DNA from: a virus
Taxonomy: Duplodnaviria; Caudoviricetes
Length of the DNA stretch: 61,212 nucleotides
Reading direction: 5' to 3' (one strand)
IMG/VR virus record: IMGVR_UViG_3300030060_003743
Coordinates: 1 to 61,212 of that record
Shown: in pieces, positions 30,420-39,908 of the stretch
How positions within the stretch are numbered: the first letter of the stretch is position 1
Layout: each line of letters opens with the position of its first letter
Made by a program: the position numbers and the translations under genes
Notes under the pieces: generated by a model
Database searches by the model: none
What the model saw: the letters and a program-made list of their open reading frames with translations, nothing else
What the model was told of the DNA's origin: nothing

Positions 30420-31087
30420 TATCTTACTCCTTTGACATTTGGTGAAACTGATGGAATAGGCATTCTAGGCACTCCATCTTCATACTGTCCTCGTTTTCTG
30501 TGCCCCATTTGTTGCATAGCAAACTGCTGTATCTCTTCATTGTACTTTTGTTTGTATAGATTGTACATATCGGTCGGCCCTTTTAAATAGCTAAAACACT
30601 CAGTTAAAACACCATGTAACAATAAACTCTCTTGGTTTGTAGACAAAAACGTAGTTGTTGAGCTATTAAAATGCGGTGGGTCAATAATATAATTAATTTG
30701 TATGCTTAAAGTGCTTGATGGTATTGGTGCTATTATAATTGTAGCATCATCCCAATTAGCGTAATACTTTGGTGTTCCAGTCGCGTCGCCAGGATTAAAC
30801 TCAGATATAAAACTAGTATCTCTTTTTTCTAAAAATATTCGATTACTACTACTTGTTACTTGCACTGATCTTAAATAAATCATGTCCTCTGGCATACTTA
30901 CAAATCTTTGAGATGCCACCGTAGTAGACGTTTTGTATGCTCTTAAATCATCGTAATCTACTTTCCCAGCAATATCTAATTCAATATTACGGATAAATTG
31001 ATCTATTAACGTATCGGACAAAACATTAGAATCTACTTCAGTGTAGTTTCTGACTTGTGTTAAAAAATTAGCGTGTGTAATACTCAT
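30419..31087 (-). CDS. Head-tail adaptor / tail tubular-like protein
   Basis: GTPKYYA, IAPIP, LLLHGVL.E...YLKG motifs. Confidence 0.65.
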   Translation of the reverse strand: MSITHANFLTQVRNYTEVDSNVLSDTLIDQFIRNIELDIAGKVDYDDLRAYKTSTTVASQRFVSMPEDMIYLRSVQVTSSSNRIFLEKRDTSFISEFNPGDATGTPKYYANWDDATIIIAPIPSSTLSIQINYIIDPPHFNSSTTTFLSTNQESLLLHGVLTECFSYLKGPTDMYNLYKQKYNEEIQQFAMQQMGHRKRGQYEDGVPRMPIPSVSPNVKGVR

Positions 31088-31425
31088 GATATGCTTATTG
31101 TAACCTCACCCACTGCAGTGTTTAATTGTCTTCTTATGTTTTGAACTGAACCATCTTCCTGTGGAACTTGAGAGCTCACGTCAAAACTTACGAACTGATT
31201 AGGATCTAAACTCACAGTTAAATCTAATGGCTTTCTAGGTCTTGGATTATATAAAGCAACTGCATCCGATTGATGATGTTTTCTTCTAATTTGTGGATGT
31301 TTTGCTTCGTACTCAGATTTATGAACTATAGATCCATTCCACTCTTTTACCATTTCTTTATATGGAAACTCCATACCTGACCTGTCAGATATTGCTTTTG
31401 CGTATTTTCCTTTTGCGTACGGCAT
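31084..31425 (-). CDS. Conserved virion-module protein
   Basis: AISDRSG..FPY..M..EWNG..V...EYE.KHPQ motif. Confidence 0.65.
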   Translation of the reverse strand: MPYAKGKYAKAISDRSGMEFPYKEMVKEWNGSIVHKSEYEAKHPQIRRKHHQSDAVALYNPRPRKPLDLTVSLDPNQFVSFDVSSQVPQEDGSVQNIRRQLNTAVGEVTISIS

Positions 31426-31433
31426 AGTTACCT

Positions 31434-31820
31434 CTAATACAATTTAGTTGGCCTATTACGACCTAACTTACATTTAACTTTGACACTACCACCTTTTTTA
31501 AAATATTTCTCTGGGTTAGGACCAAGGTATTCTTCATTACTATCAAGTTTTTTTTCAATATAGCCTCTTTTTTTTCTACCTCGTAAAGTTCTGTCCCTTC
31601 TTTTAAGCATGACATCGCCTACACCCGCATCTTTCATATTCTGCTCTATCATTTTTTCAACACGCTCTCGCTTTTTTTCTGCTCTTTTTCTAGTAAACTC
31701 ATCAACTTTTTTACTTTCACTAATATTTCTAAGCTTTATAGAATGTAGCATCCCTTTTTTAACTCTTAAAGTTCTATTGATAGCTGTTTTAAGTTCTTTT
31801 AACGGTATACCTCTAGGCAT
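31434..31820 (-). CDS. Basic protein with KKGG..V.CKLGRN.PT C-terminal motif
   Basis: SD GGAG; paralogous C-terminus with 31829-32224 and 43921-44241. Confidence 0.65.
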   Translation of the reverse strand: MPRGIPLKELKTAINRTLRVKKGMLHSIKLRNISESKKVDEFTRKRAEKKRERVEKMIEQNMKDAGVGDVMLKRRDRTLRGRKKRGYIEKKLDSNEEYLGPNPEKYFKKGGSVKVKCKLGRNRPTKLY

Positions 31821-31828
31821 TTGCTCTC

Positions 31829-32224
31829 CTAATATAGTTTAGTTGGTTTATTACGACCTAGTTTACATTTAGCTTTAACACTACCGCCTTTTTTATATTT
31901 ACCTGGCCCAGTGTATTCTTCATCTTTTTTTATTTTTTTAGCCACGTAACCTCTACCAGTTGGTGGTCTACCTTTTTTATCACGCACATACAAATCTTTT
32001 AATGCTCGTTGAGTATTTTTATCTTTCATTAACATGTCATTCATGTTTTCGTTACTACCATAAATGTAAGAAGCTGCATCTTGACGCAAAGGATCTAAAT
32101 TAGGAAATAAATCTTCTATTTTTTTATTTTCTTGAGAATTAATATTAACCTGTAAAAGATTTTTTATACCTCTTTTTTTAGACCTTATTCTTTTTGCACC
32201 TAAACTAGTTGGTATTCTAGGCAT
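31829..32224 (-). CDS. Basic protein, paralog of 31434-31820
   Basis: Ends KKGGSVKAKCKLGRNKPTKLY. Confidence 0.65.
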   Translation of the reverse strand: MPRIPTSLGAKRIRSKKRGIKNLLQVNINSQENKKIEDLFPNLDPLRQDAASYIYGSNENMNDMLMKDKNTQRALKDLYVRDKKGRPPTGRGYVAKKIKKDEEYTGPGKYKKGGSVKAKCKLGRNKPTKLY

Positions 32225-32226
32225 AA

Positions 32227-32916
32227 CTAACTCCCTGCTGGATAATAACTTTGCGGAGTAATATACACCGAAGTTCTTTGTCCATCTTCTTCTAAAGCTC
32301 GTTTTAATTCATCTTCATATATCATTTTATTTTGCTGAACTAATTGAGGGTTTATTTTCATGGCTAAGTAATAAGCCAGACCGGCAACCATACAAGGTAT
32401 AAATCTAAAAGCCACATCAGCTTGATTAGTATAAGCACCAGCATCTTCAATACGTTCCATAAAATAATATTTAAGATGTGTAAATGTACTCGCGTCAGGT
32501 GTTTGATACAAAGTAATAGTAGGTGTGGTTTGACGATCAACATAGTATTCAGACGGTTGACCAGTAGCACCTTTATTATTTTTTGACGCATAATCACTTC
32601 TTGATATTTTAGTCAAAGACACATCAGTGGTTGAAGTAGTTGTCCCACTTGAACTACTGATATACGCTTCTAAAATGTCACTAGTGTTTGAAGGTGCAGT
32701 ATAAGTTGCAGTGCCCGAAGTTAAGGCTTGTGTGTTTAATGCCACTTTCCATAAGTGTACGCCACGATTACCCCACTCAGAAAACAAAATATTAAGACTG
32801 CGACGAGCAGACCTAAGATCACGGCCGCTATTAGTTCTAACAGCACAGCGCTCATATGCTTCCTCAATGATGTCATCGATATCAAGATCAAATGCAGTTG
32901 TACCTGAAGTAGCCAT
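32227..32916 (-). CDS. Head-tail connector / adaptor protein
   Basis: MATSGTT.F.LD...IIEEAYER, ARRSLN....EW.NRG..LW, RF.PCMV.GLAYY motifs. Confidence 0.7.
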   Translation of the reverse strand: MATSGTTAFDLDIDDIIEEAYERCAVRTNSGRDLRSARRSLNILFSEWGNRGVHLWKVALNTQALTSGTATYTAPSNTSDILEAYISSSSGTTTSTTDVSLTKISRSDYASKNNKGATGQPSEYYVDRQTTPTITLYQTPDASTFTHLKYYFMERIEDAGAYTNQADVAFRFIPCMVAGLAYYLAMKINPQLVQQNKMIYEDELKRALEEDGQRTSVYITPQSYYPAGS

Positions 32917-32924
32917 CTAACCTC

Positions 32925-33512
32925 CTAAAAAGTACCTTTAAATTTTGTACCTCTAATTGCAGCACCTTGTCCTTTAGTCACCATACCACCTTGTGCTCTA
33001 CCTTTAGGAGCACCTTTACCAATGATGTCAGCTTTAGATGTTTTAGACTTTCTTTTAGGTCCTCTTTTTTTAGCTGCCTTCTGTTTTTTTCTTTTTTCTA
33101 TTTCTACAGCAGTTAGCGCTGCACCAGCACCCGAAGCTACCTTAGCTGTATCTGAAAATCTTTTTTTAGATTTTGGAGAGGCAACACCTCTTTTATTAAT
33201 ATCAAGTATTATTTTTTTCAGATTTGCTATTTCTCCACCCATTTCTCCTTTAGTCATTTCTTTCATTAAATAGCCAGATAGTTCCTTTCTTCTAGATAAG
33301 AAATCTTTTTTGCCTTTGTTTTTACCAATACCTGACAAGCCTAATCTTCTTGCTATAAAATCACCTCTGCCCGCTTTAACAACACCACGGCCCATTAATA
33401 TGTCTTTCATGGTTACTTTGCCATCACCTGATAGATCTGGAAATTTTTTCTTACTGCCTTTTTTTAAACCTTTTGCTTTTAACTTTTTTAAACCTTGTTT
33501 TAAATTACTCAT
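32925..33512 (-). CDS. Basic virion-module protein with EF-hand/dockerin-like DLSGDGKVT motif
   Basis: FPDLSGDGKVTMKDIL; ends G.GAAIRGTKFKGTF. Confidence 0.6.
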   Translation of the reverse strand: MSNLKQGLKKLKAKGLKKGSKKKFPDLSGDGKVTMKDILMGRGVVKAGRGDFIARRLGLSGIGKNKGKKDFLSRRKELSGYLMKEMTKGEMGGEIANLKKIILDINKRGVASPKSKKRFSDTAKVASGAGAALTAVEIEKRKKQKAAKKRGPKRKSKTSKADIIGKGAPKGRAQGGMVTKGQGAAIRGTKFKGTF

Positions 33513-33520
33513 GTCAACTC

Positions 33521-33799
33521 CTACACGTCTATTAAACCGCCGTAATATTTTTTATCAATCGTTCTTACATTGGTGGGTTTACCACCAACCCCTTGAGCTT
33601 TCGCTCTCTTTCTTGTTACAGCAGAGCGTATCTGACCTTTACTCATACTAGCAGCTTTTGACGCTGGAACACATTTTGGATATTTACGTTTAGAGCCTTT
33701 TGCACTTTTACGCCCACACTTCTTATATCCACCTCCTTTTTTAGGAGCACCGATATCTACCCAGTCTTCCTGAAACCATTTTTTCAGTCCACTTGCCAT
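33521..33799 (-). CDS. Small basic conserved protein
   Basis: L.KWF.E.WVDI, CGR, YPKCVP motifs. Confidence 0.7.
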   Translation of the reverse strand: MASGLKKWFQEDWVDIGAPKKGGGYKKCGRKSAKGSKRKYPKCVPASKAASMSKGQIRSAVTRKRAKAQGVGGKPTNVRTIDKKYYGGLIDV

Positions 33800-34080
33800 T
33801 ACATTAAATCTTTGTAATAAGCAGCAGCTGACGGGTTACTCATTGACATGCCGTCAACATCCATTTGTATAATAGATCCTGATGTATCACCTGATTCAAC
33901 AAACGTACCTTCTTTAGCTGGTTTTGGACCTCTAAAGTCTTTACGTTTCTTGCCTCCCGGACCTTTGATTTTACCTGCGCAAACCTTACTAGCATACGCA
34001 TTAGCATAAGCTGATGGATAAACATCAAATTTACGTTTTGCCGCAGCTTTACCTCTTGGACATAATTTTGGCATATACAC
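33799..34080 (-). CDS. Small basic conserved protein
   Basis: KRKFDVYPSAYAN motif; SD GGAGG. Confidence 0.7.
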   Translation of the reverse strand: MYMPKLCPRGKAAAKRKFDVYPSAYANAYASKVCAGKIKGPGGKKRKDFRGPKPAKEGTFVESGDTSGSIIQMDVDGMSMSNPSAAAYYKDLM

Positions 34081-34123
34081 CTCCTTGTTACATACCTTTA
34101 AATATTAACAGTTTTTATAAACT

Positions 34124-34222
34124 CTATCTAGACCTTACTTGTTTCTTCTTTTTTTTCTTTTTCTTCTTTTTCATTGGTGGTTTAGATATCTGTTTGCTCA
34201 TCTGTGCTCTTGTTATTGACAT
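34124..34222 (-). CDS. 32-aa poly-Lys peptide (not in ORF track)
   Basis: MSITRAQMSKQISKPPMKKKKKKKKKKQVRSR; SD GAGG upstream; overlaps the endolysin stop. Confidence 0.6.
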   Translation of the reverse strand: MSITRAQMSKQISKPPMKKKKKKKKKKQVRSR

Positions 34223-34677
34223 TTACTATACCTCGTTTTTCCATTTTCGTCTTTTTCAGCCACTAAATAGTTTTCCCTATTAGCGTACTCACTAACAAAA
34301 GATACATGTACCCAACCGGAATTAGGATCTATTGGATCATGAAATTCTAAAATTACCTGATCATAACCGACATTTTTACTAATCCAATCGGCTAAGTCTT
34401 TATTAGATATGCCAGGAATCTCTAAATCGGCTGCTTGACCTTTGCAATGCTGTGACCTAGATGATGAGCCAATTTTTTGACTTAACTCTGGTGAACGGTA
34501 TCCTGATGTAATGACAACAGGTTTTTTAAAATAATTTCTAATAGGTTGAAGAACATTTTCACATAAGGTTTGAAGATTTACGATGTGTTCCTTGTCGGGA
34601 CTGTTATCTATACCACATCGCTCTGCTGTTTGTGATTTAGTAAGTTCTGCTAAAGTAAAATTGTCTGATAGTCTCAT
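34213..34677 (-). CDS. Endolysin, peptidase M15A family
   Basis: LS.NFTL.E, ITSGYRS, SQHCKGQAAD, WVHVS Zn-peptidase motifs. Confidence 0.9.
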   Translation of the reverse strand: MRLSDNFTLAELTKSQTAERCGIDNSPDKEHIVNLQTLCENVLQPIRNYFKKPVVITSGYRSPELSQKIGSSSRSQHCKGQAADLEIPGISNKDLADWISKNVGYDQVILEFHDPIDPNSGWVHVSFVSEYANRENYLVAEKDENGKTRYSKCQ

Positions 34678-34794
34678 TTATCTTTTTGATTTAAGAACTC
34701 CTTTTAATGTTTTTGCTTGTTTTGCATGAGTTCTACTGGCTTTTGTTAAACCTTTAATAACTTTTTTTACTTTTGTTTTTGCATTTTTTTTCAT
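34678..34794 (-). CDS. 38-aa basic peptide (not in ORF track)
   Basis: MKKNAKTKVKKVIKGLTKASRTHAKQAKTLKGVLKSKR; SD GAGG; stop abuts the endolysin ATG. Confidence 0.6.
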   Translation of the reverse strand: MKKNAKTKVKKVIKGLTKASRTHAKQAKTLKGVLKSKR

Positions 34795-34805
34795 ACATAC
34801 CTCTT

Positions 34806-34940
34806 TTATAGAATGATAAGTAGAACTGCTAAGACGATAATAATAGCGTCTCTTATCTTACAGCTTTCACAAGTCCAAGTATCTTTATACTTAGACCATG
34901 CACTATCTACTTTTTTGTACATATTAGTTAACATTTCCAT
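34806..34940 (-). CDS. Small protein with C-terminal TM helix
   Basis: Start at MEMLTN after SD GAGGAG; ends AIIIVLAVLLIIL. Confidence 0.5.
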   Translation of the reverse strand: MEMLTNMYKKVDSAWSKYKDTWTCESCKIRDAIIIVLAVLLIIL

Positions 34941-35251
34941 CTTCTCCTCGCTTGACATATGCGTTTGTTTGGTGTTTTTCGACAGTTTACATTGTGCATC
35001 TTTGCTTGACCAGCACTTCTCGCACAAAATGATTTTCTACGTTTTGCAGATTTACTGCCTGGTTTGACTTTTCCTGTTACAGCAGTTTTTAATTTACTTC
35101 CGGGATTCATACGACGATAAGCCTTAACACCCGCTTGTGTCATACCAGCACCGGATTTAGTAGGTCTATAGTTTCTTTTGTTTCGGGCAGGCATACCACC
35201 CTTAGCAAAACCCACTAAATCATTTGTATATTGTTCAACTGTAATATCCAT
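34928..35251 (-). CDS. Small basic conserved protein (RRKSFCAR motif)
   Basis: GMT.AG...YRR.NPGSKLK, RRKSFCAR, ends RRWKC. Confidence 0.75.
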   Translation of the reverse strand: MDITVEQYTNDLVGFAKGGMPARNKRNYRPTKSGAGMTQAGVKAYRRMNPGSKLKTAVTGKVKPGSKSAKRRKSFCARSAGQAKMHNVNCRKTPNKRICQARRRWKC

Positions 35252-35253
35252 AA

Positions 35254-35676
35254 TTAATCGTAGTTTTTTGTAAACTCTGCGATCACTGTATAAGTATTAC
35301 CAGAATCAGCTGCACCTGGAACAACAAAGTTAACATCACTTTGATTAGAATTAGATGAAGTGTTAGCGGGTATACCACCAAACTCTCTAAAGTCCCAATA
35401 GCCTGAGTCCACCAATGTAACAATTGGTATGTCACCATCTGAATCTTCAAAATCTAATCTTGCAAATGAGTCACCACCGTCGCCATTAGCACAAGACCAC
35501 CAAATTCTTTGTGGGCTTACTGTTGTAACGGATTGTCCATTTTTATTATCTGCTAACGCAGAGACATCGGCAAAGACTGTTGTACCGCCCGTGCCATCTG
35601 ATTCGTTTACTATTTTGATTACTACTCTCTTATCATTCTCTTGTAAGATTGTAGGTCCTGTTACTGTGTCTGCCAT
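35254..35676 (-). CDS. Virion structural protein
   Basis: SDGTG....DVS.L and DF..FGG motifs; downstream of the capsid gene. Confidence 0.6.
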   Translation of the reverse strand: MADTVTGPTILQENDKRVVIKIVNESDGTGGTTVFADVSALADNKNGQSVTTVSPQRIWWSCANGDGGDSFARLDFEDSDGDIPIVTLVDSGYWDFREFGGIPANTSSNSNQSDVNFVVPGAADSGNTYTVIAEFTKNYD

Positions 35677-35761
35677 AGTTTCCCTCCTTAATCAAGAAAC
35701 AAGGAAGCGAAGGTACTTTCTATCATTCTAAAAAAAATGTTCTTCGCTTCCCTTAGTTATA

Positions 35762-36388
35762 TTAAGCGTCGTAGCCTTTTAATTCAATAAGTAATTTACC
35801 AGCTGTGTAATCTGCATCTGTAGCATCACCAGTTGTTAAATATAAGAACGCATCAGCGGCAGGCACGGCTGTAAAGTATACTTTACTACCTAATGTCGCA
35901 TCACCAGCGTTAACAAGTAATGTTTCTGTTAAGTCACCGATTGCTCCGTCTTCAACCCCTGTGCCCTCTGTAGCAGAATGCACGTTAATGTCTGGGTCAC
36001 CACCAGCAGGTGCTTCAAAGCACTCCATACTACCTGTTAAAATAGTACCATTTCTTGCAGCTGTAATTTGACCAATATGACAAACTAAAGATGTACCATT
36101 TACACCTATGATGTCACCTGAACCTGTTGATCTCAAACCTGTTAAATCAATTAAAATTTGTGTAGTAATAATACCACCACTTTGTATCACAGAACTTCTG
36201 TAAATTGTTCCAGAACCTGTAGTAATACCAGTGCCAGCTTCTACAGGCATGGTGTTGGCATCAAAAGATGCGATACCGCTAGAATCTATGCTTGATTGTG
36301 TTGTGAAAGCTCCAGTAGTTGCGTTCTTACTAACGACTGTAAAGCCGCCTTCTGATCTGACTGGACCTGAAAATGTTGAATTAGCCAT
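35762..36388 (-). CDS. Capsid-associated/decoration protein
   Basis: MANSTFSGPVRS N-terminus, beta-rich; directly after the major capsid gene. Confidence 0.6.
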   Translation of the reverse strand: MANSTFSGPVRSEGGFTVVSKNATTGAFTTQSSIDSSGIASFDANTMPVEAGTGITTGSGTIYRSSVIQSGGIITTQILIDLTGLRSTGSGDIIGVNGTSLVCHIGQITAARNGTILTGSMECFEAPAGGDPDINVHSATEGTGVEDGAIGDLTETLLVNAGDATLGSKVYFTAVPAADAFLYLTTGDATDADYTAGKLLIELKGYDA

Positions 36389-36478
36389 AATTATCTCCTA
36401 AGTAAAGAATACAGTCTTTAGGTCGTCGACTATACGCGTCTGTATTCAAGTTGTTTGTATAGTAAATTTATTATACCT

Positions 36479-36506
36479 AAAAAAAAGGGGACTCGTAAGT
36501 CCCCTT
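36479..36506 (-). terminator. Intrinsic terminator after major capsid gene
   Basis: Minus strand AAGGGGACT-TACG-AGTCCCCTT followed by a T-run. Confidence 0.85.
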
Positions 36507-36528
36507 AATCTTTCCTCCAAAGAACTAC

Positions 36529-37440
36529 TTACGCAGCTCCAGGTGAACCAAATATTCCTCTTGGATCCGAGAATCCAAATGAATATCTTTCTCTCGCTTT
36601 GAACCTCACGTTACCGGTATCGAAGTCACCTTCCATAGCAGTTTTGATTGGTGCTCTAACAAACTGTTTTAGTCCATTAGGTGCATCAGTCATGATGAAG
36701 AAAGCATCTGTGTCAGTTAAATAATGGTTAACTCTGTAGCCTTGTGGGATCATACCCATTGAAGACATAGCGTTAATATCATTATCGGATGTACCGACAC
36801 GTTGAGGTGTTTTTAATATTCTTTCCGCTGTGAACTGAAGTTCTTTAGGAATGACTAACTTAACACCTTGTAATGCAACTTTTAAACCTCTTTCATCAAC
36901 AAATGCAGCAATGTCAATCATTGACTGCTCTAACGATGTTTCAGAAAGGTCAGAAGCTGTTGACAACTCATTAGCAAATGTACCTCCGTTTGTTAGAGGG
37001 TGCACAGCTGAACATAGTTCAACTCCGTCACCACCTGTGAAACTTGAGTTAAAAGCGTTGTTAAGCACGTTAGCAGCTTTCACTTGTTTAGTGTTAGCCA
37101 TTGAACGAGCCAGTGCTCTTGTGTAACGACCTGCTAATCTGTCGTATAAATTATCTTCAATTGCTTCCTCTGTAATAGCGAAAGCCATTGCGATAGTTTC
37201 ATGTGTGTACCTTGCTGTAAAACCTTCTTGCGCGGTGTCAAATGCTACACCTTCACCTTCAGATTTTACCGGTGCCGAGCCGAAACCAGACAAGATAACT
37301 TCTTCTTCAAACGCTCTGTCAGAGCTCTCTGAATCAAAAATTTCAGCGTGTTCGTTTTCGTATCGGTTATACTCTAGTCCAAAAAGAGCGTTAAGCCCAG
37401 GCTCTAACTCTTTGACTAGTTGGGATCTTGAAATAGCCAT
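36529..37440 (-). CDS. Major capsid protein
   Basis: MAISRSQLVKELEPGLNALFGLEY, SDRAFEEE, EEAIEDNLY, KARERYSFG.SDPRG; follows scaffold; strong terminator downstream. Confidence 0.88.
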   Translation of the reverse strand: MAISRSQLVKELEPGLNALFGLEYNRYENEHAEIFDSESSDRAFEEEVILSGFGSAPVKSEGEGVAFDTAQEGFTARYTHETIAMAFAITEEAIEDNLYDRLAGRYTRALARSMANTKQVKAANVLNNAFNSSFTGGDGVELCSAVHPLTNGGTFANELSTASDLSETSLEQSMIDIAAFVDERGLKVALQGVKLVIPKELQFTAERILKTPQRVGTSDNDINAMSSMGMIPQGYRVNHYLTDTDAFFIMTDAPNGLKQFVRAPIKTAMEGDFDTGNVRFKARERYSFGFSDPRGIFGSPGAA

Positions 37441-37450
37441 AGTTAACCTC

Positions 37451-38035
37451 CTAAGCTAGACCGGCGCCTTTTTGGCCGAATATGTGGTTTTGAATAATTA
37501 CGCGCACATTGGTTGCATCATTGCCGACATCACTGTTATCAGGGTCTCTTGAAATATCAATAGCCTTGAGAGGTAATGCGGCAGTAGTTGCTCCAGTAGT
37601 TACATCTAATTCAGCACCAGATATACCGGTTGTTGTGCTTCCAGCTGATGTGTATACGATATCAAAGTTACCGAATAAGTCAGCTATAGGAAAAGCAGCA
37701 TCTGCTTGAATTTCAAATATAACCATTGGGTCGTCAATTATAAACGCTTCAATATCAGAAGCATTTGTGCTCGCAGGGTAATGATTGGAAAAAGTTTCTT
37801 TTCCACTGGTTGGGTCCGTAAAACGACATCCGTTAAAAACACCCACGATAGGAACTGTGCCACCATCGGCATGTACCTCAACTGTTCCGCCAGTGACTTG
37901 GGCTACCATGTCACCTTTAAAAATTGATGTTCCATAATTCGCAGCTATTCTATAACGAGTTTGTCCTCCAGTGTAGGGTGTTCCACCTACTCTGCCTATC
38001 GGACGCATACCAAATGCAGAATCTTGGTTTGCCAT
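37451..38035 (-). CDS. Capsid cement/decoration-like protein
   Basis: FG.RP, IF.GD.V, VGVFNGC, DDP...FEIQ motifs; immediately upstream of the capsid gene. Confidence 0.6.
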   Translation of the reverse strand: MANQDSAFGMRPIGRVGGTPYTGGQTRYRIAANYGTSIFKGDMVAQVTGGTVEVHADGGTVPIVGVFNGCRFTDPTSGKETFSNHYPASTNASDIEAFIIDDPMVIFEIQADAAFPIADLFGNFDIVYTSAGSTTTGISGAELDVTTGATTAALPLKAIDISRDPDNSDVGNDATNVRVIIQNHIFGQKGAGLA

Positions 38036-38087
38036 AATTAAACTCCATAAAAATAGTTAAACAAATGTGGTTACAAAAGTTAAAAAA

Positions 38088-38561
38088 TTAAGACTTTCTG
38101 TTACCACCAAAAGTTACACGAGACTGTCTATCAATATTGACAGGCATCTCTGGTCGTTGCTCCTTTAGAATGTCTTGATCAACTGCTTTTACTTGGTCAG
38201 AAGTAATATCTTGAAAATACTTCTTGCGTTGCTCGACTATTTCTTCAGGTATCCTTGCCAACACAAGGCCTCCAACCCCGATTAACCCCTGATGTTTGCC
38301 TTCATGGATTACTGGATAGTCGTGGTCACCAATTTCGTTTTGAACTTCTTCAGCTCTAACAAATTCCCAACCTTCTCTGAGTTTTTTAGAAACATTACCT
38401 GAATCCATAAAACCCACACTTTCTACCCTAATCCACCTATGACAATAACCTTGCGGTGCAGGTGGTGCATCTAGACTTGATGGTGGCGTCCAAGGTCTAT
38501 TACGAACATCCTTTTTCTCTTGGCTCGCGCGTGAGGTTTTCTTTACTGTACTTTTAGTCAT
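38088..38561 (-). CDS. Conserved head-module protein
   Basis: W.PPS.LDAPP.P.G..HRWIR, LREGWE, GGL.LARIP motifs. Confidence 0.65.
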   Translation of the reverse strand: MTKSTVKKTSRASQEKKDVRNRPWTPPSSLDAPPAPQGYCHRWIRVESVGFMDSGNVSKKLREGWEFVRAEEVQNEIGDHDYPVIHEGKHQGLIGVGGLVLARIPEEIVEQRKKYFQDITSDQVKAVDQDILKEQRPEMPVNIDRQSRVTFGGNRKS

Positions 38562-38564
38562 CGT

Positions 38565-39464
38565 CTACTCCTTCACGAATTTCGCGTATTCTTCTAGTGG
38601 CACCCCTAATTTTTTAGCTATCGCTACTTGTGAACGGGTGAGTTTCACGGTTCTGCGTCCTTGCTGTTTACGCCCCGCCGAGGCAACAGTTTGTACGGGT
38701 TTTTTATCTTCAACAAACTTATTAGGAAAATAATCCTTCATTCGTTTATCTATCTCATTGTAATACTCATCAGAGTCAACTGTAAAGCCCTCTCTTTCAA
38801 TTAAATTTTTATGAAGACTAAAAGCAGCATCAGTCATTACTTCATCTGTACCAAACCAAGTGTTATCTTCTGCCCAAGCTTTAGCTTTTACGCTTGGTTG
38901 AGCAGGCGCTGGTTCTTCAGCTTGTTGCTCTAATTGAGTTTTTCTTTGTTCAGTTTCTTGTAACTTAATTTTACCTTTTTCTTTTTCTACAGCTAAACGG
39001 GTCAACTCGTCTTGAGCTTCAACCATTTTTGCGCTGTCTTGAGTATCAACTGCCTCTTGCAATTTAACTTTTGCTTGTTCTCTTTGAGCATCTACTCTGG
39101 CATCAAACTCTTTTAAAAAGGTTTCGTCACTAGTAACTTGACTTTTCTCAATATTCGAATACTTGTCTTGCAAACCTTTCGCATAATCAAGAGCAGCTTT
39201 TTCTCTTCTTTCTGCTTCTCTCATCTTACGAGTTAGTTTATCAATTCTTTTTTGTGTTTTTTCTGATACGTCCTGTAAATTGTCTTTAGTTTTTTCTTCT
39301 TCAACAATTTCAGCTTTATCGTTATTAACTGGATCAGTGTATCCTAAATCAACTTCAGGGGTTGCAGTAGATCCTTCAGTTGTAGAGGGTTGCTCTACAT
39401 CAACGGAACTTTCTTCAACATCATCAGTATCTAATTCAACATCTTGTACTTGTGCTTCTGACAT
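38565..39464 (-). CDS. Scaffolding protein (putative)
   Basis: Acidic N-terminus, long coiled coil, W...N.WFG, C-terminal LT.SQ.AIAKKLGV..EEYAK. Confidence 0.7.
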   Translation of the reverse strand: MSEAQVQDVELDTDDVEESSVDVEQPSTTEGSTATPEVDLGYTDPVNNDKAEIVEEEKTKDNLQDVSEKTQKRIDKLTRKMREAERREKAALDYAKGLQDKYSNIEKSQVTSDETFLKEFDARVDAQREQAKVKLQEAVDTQDSAKMVEAQDELTRLAVEKEKGKIKLQETEQRKTQLEQQAEEPAPAQPSVKAKAWAEDNTWFGTDEVMTDAAFSLHKNLIEREGFTVDSDEYYNEIDKRMKDYFPNKFVEDKKPVQTVASAGRKQQGRRTVKLTRSQVAIAKKLGVPLEEYAKFVKE

Positions 39465-39473
39465 ATTTTACTC

Positions 39474-39905
39474 CTAAAATAGTGCGAGGATGTCCTCGGG
39501 TTTTTCAATAGTCCCAATAATTTCATCATCGTTAATGATTCTATGTTCTCCAAACTTGGTTTTAAATCTAGCGCCAGCATACCTACCTATTACTACAAAC
39601 TGACCTTCTTTACACCAAGGGGTTGAAAATTTTTCTGTATCTTTGTAACACATGTCGCCCATTTTAACGACATAGCCTACTACTGATGTCATCTCAGAAG
39701 TTTCTAAAGTTTGTTCTGATAAGGCAATACCACCTTTAGTTGTTTCAGACATTTTCCACATTTTAAGTAAAATACGGTAACCGACTGGATCAGGTAATTG
39801 ATCCATGTGTTTTAAATAATCTTGTGTTGGTTTAGGGGCGTCTTCTTTTTTTTCAGGCAATATAGTTTCATCTACTATATATTTAGGTTTGATGATGCTA
39901 GTCAT
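39474..39905 (-). CDS. groES: Phage co-chaperonin GroES
   Basis: P.GYRILL, TKGGI.L, G.VV.MG, V...RYAG, RIINDDEIIG.IE motifs. Confidence 0.85.
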   Translation of the reverse strand: MTSIIKPKYIVDETILPEKKEDAPKPTQDYLKHMDQLPDPVGYRILLKMWKMSETTKGGIALSEQTLETSEMTSVVGYVVKMGDMCYKDTEKFSTPWCKEGQFVVIGRYAGARFKTKFGEHRIINDDEIIGTIEKPEDILALF

Positions 39906-39908
39906 TTT

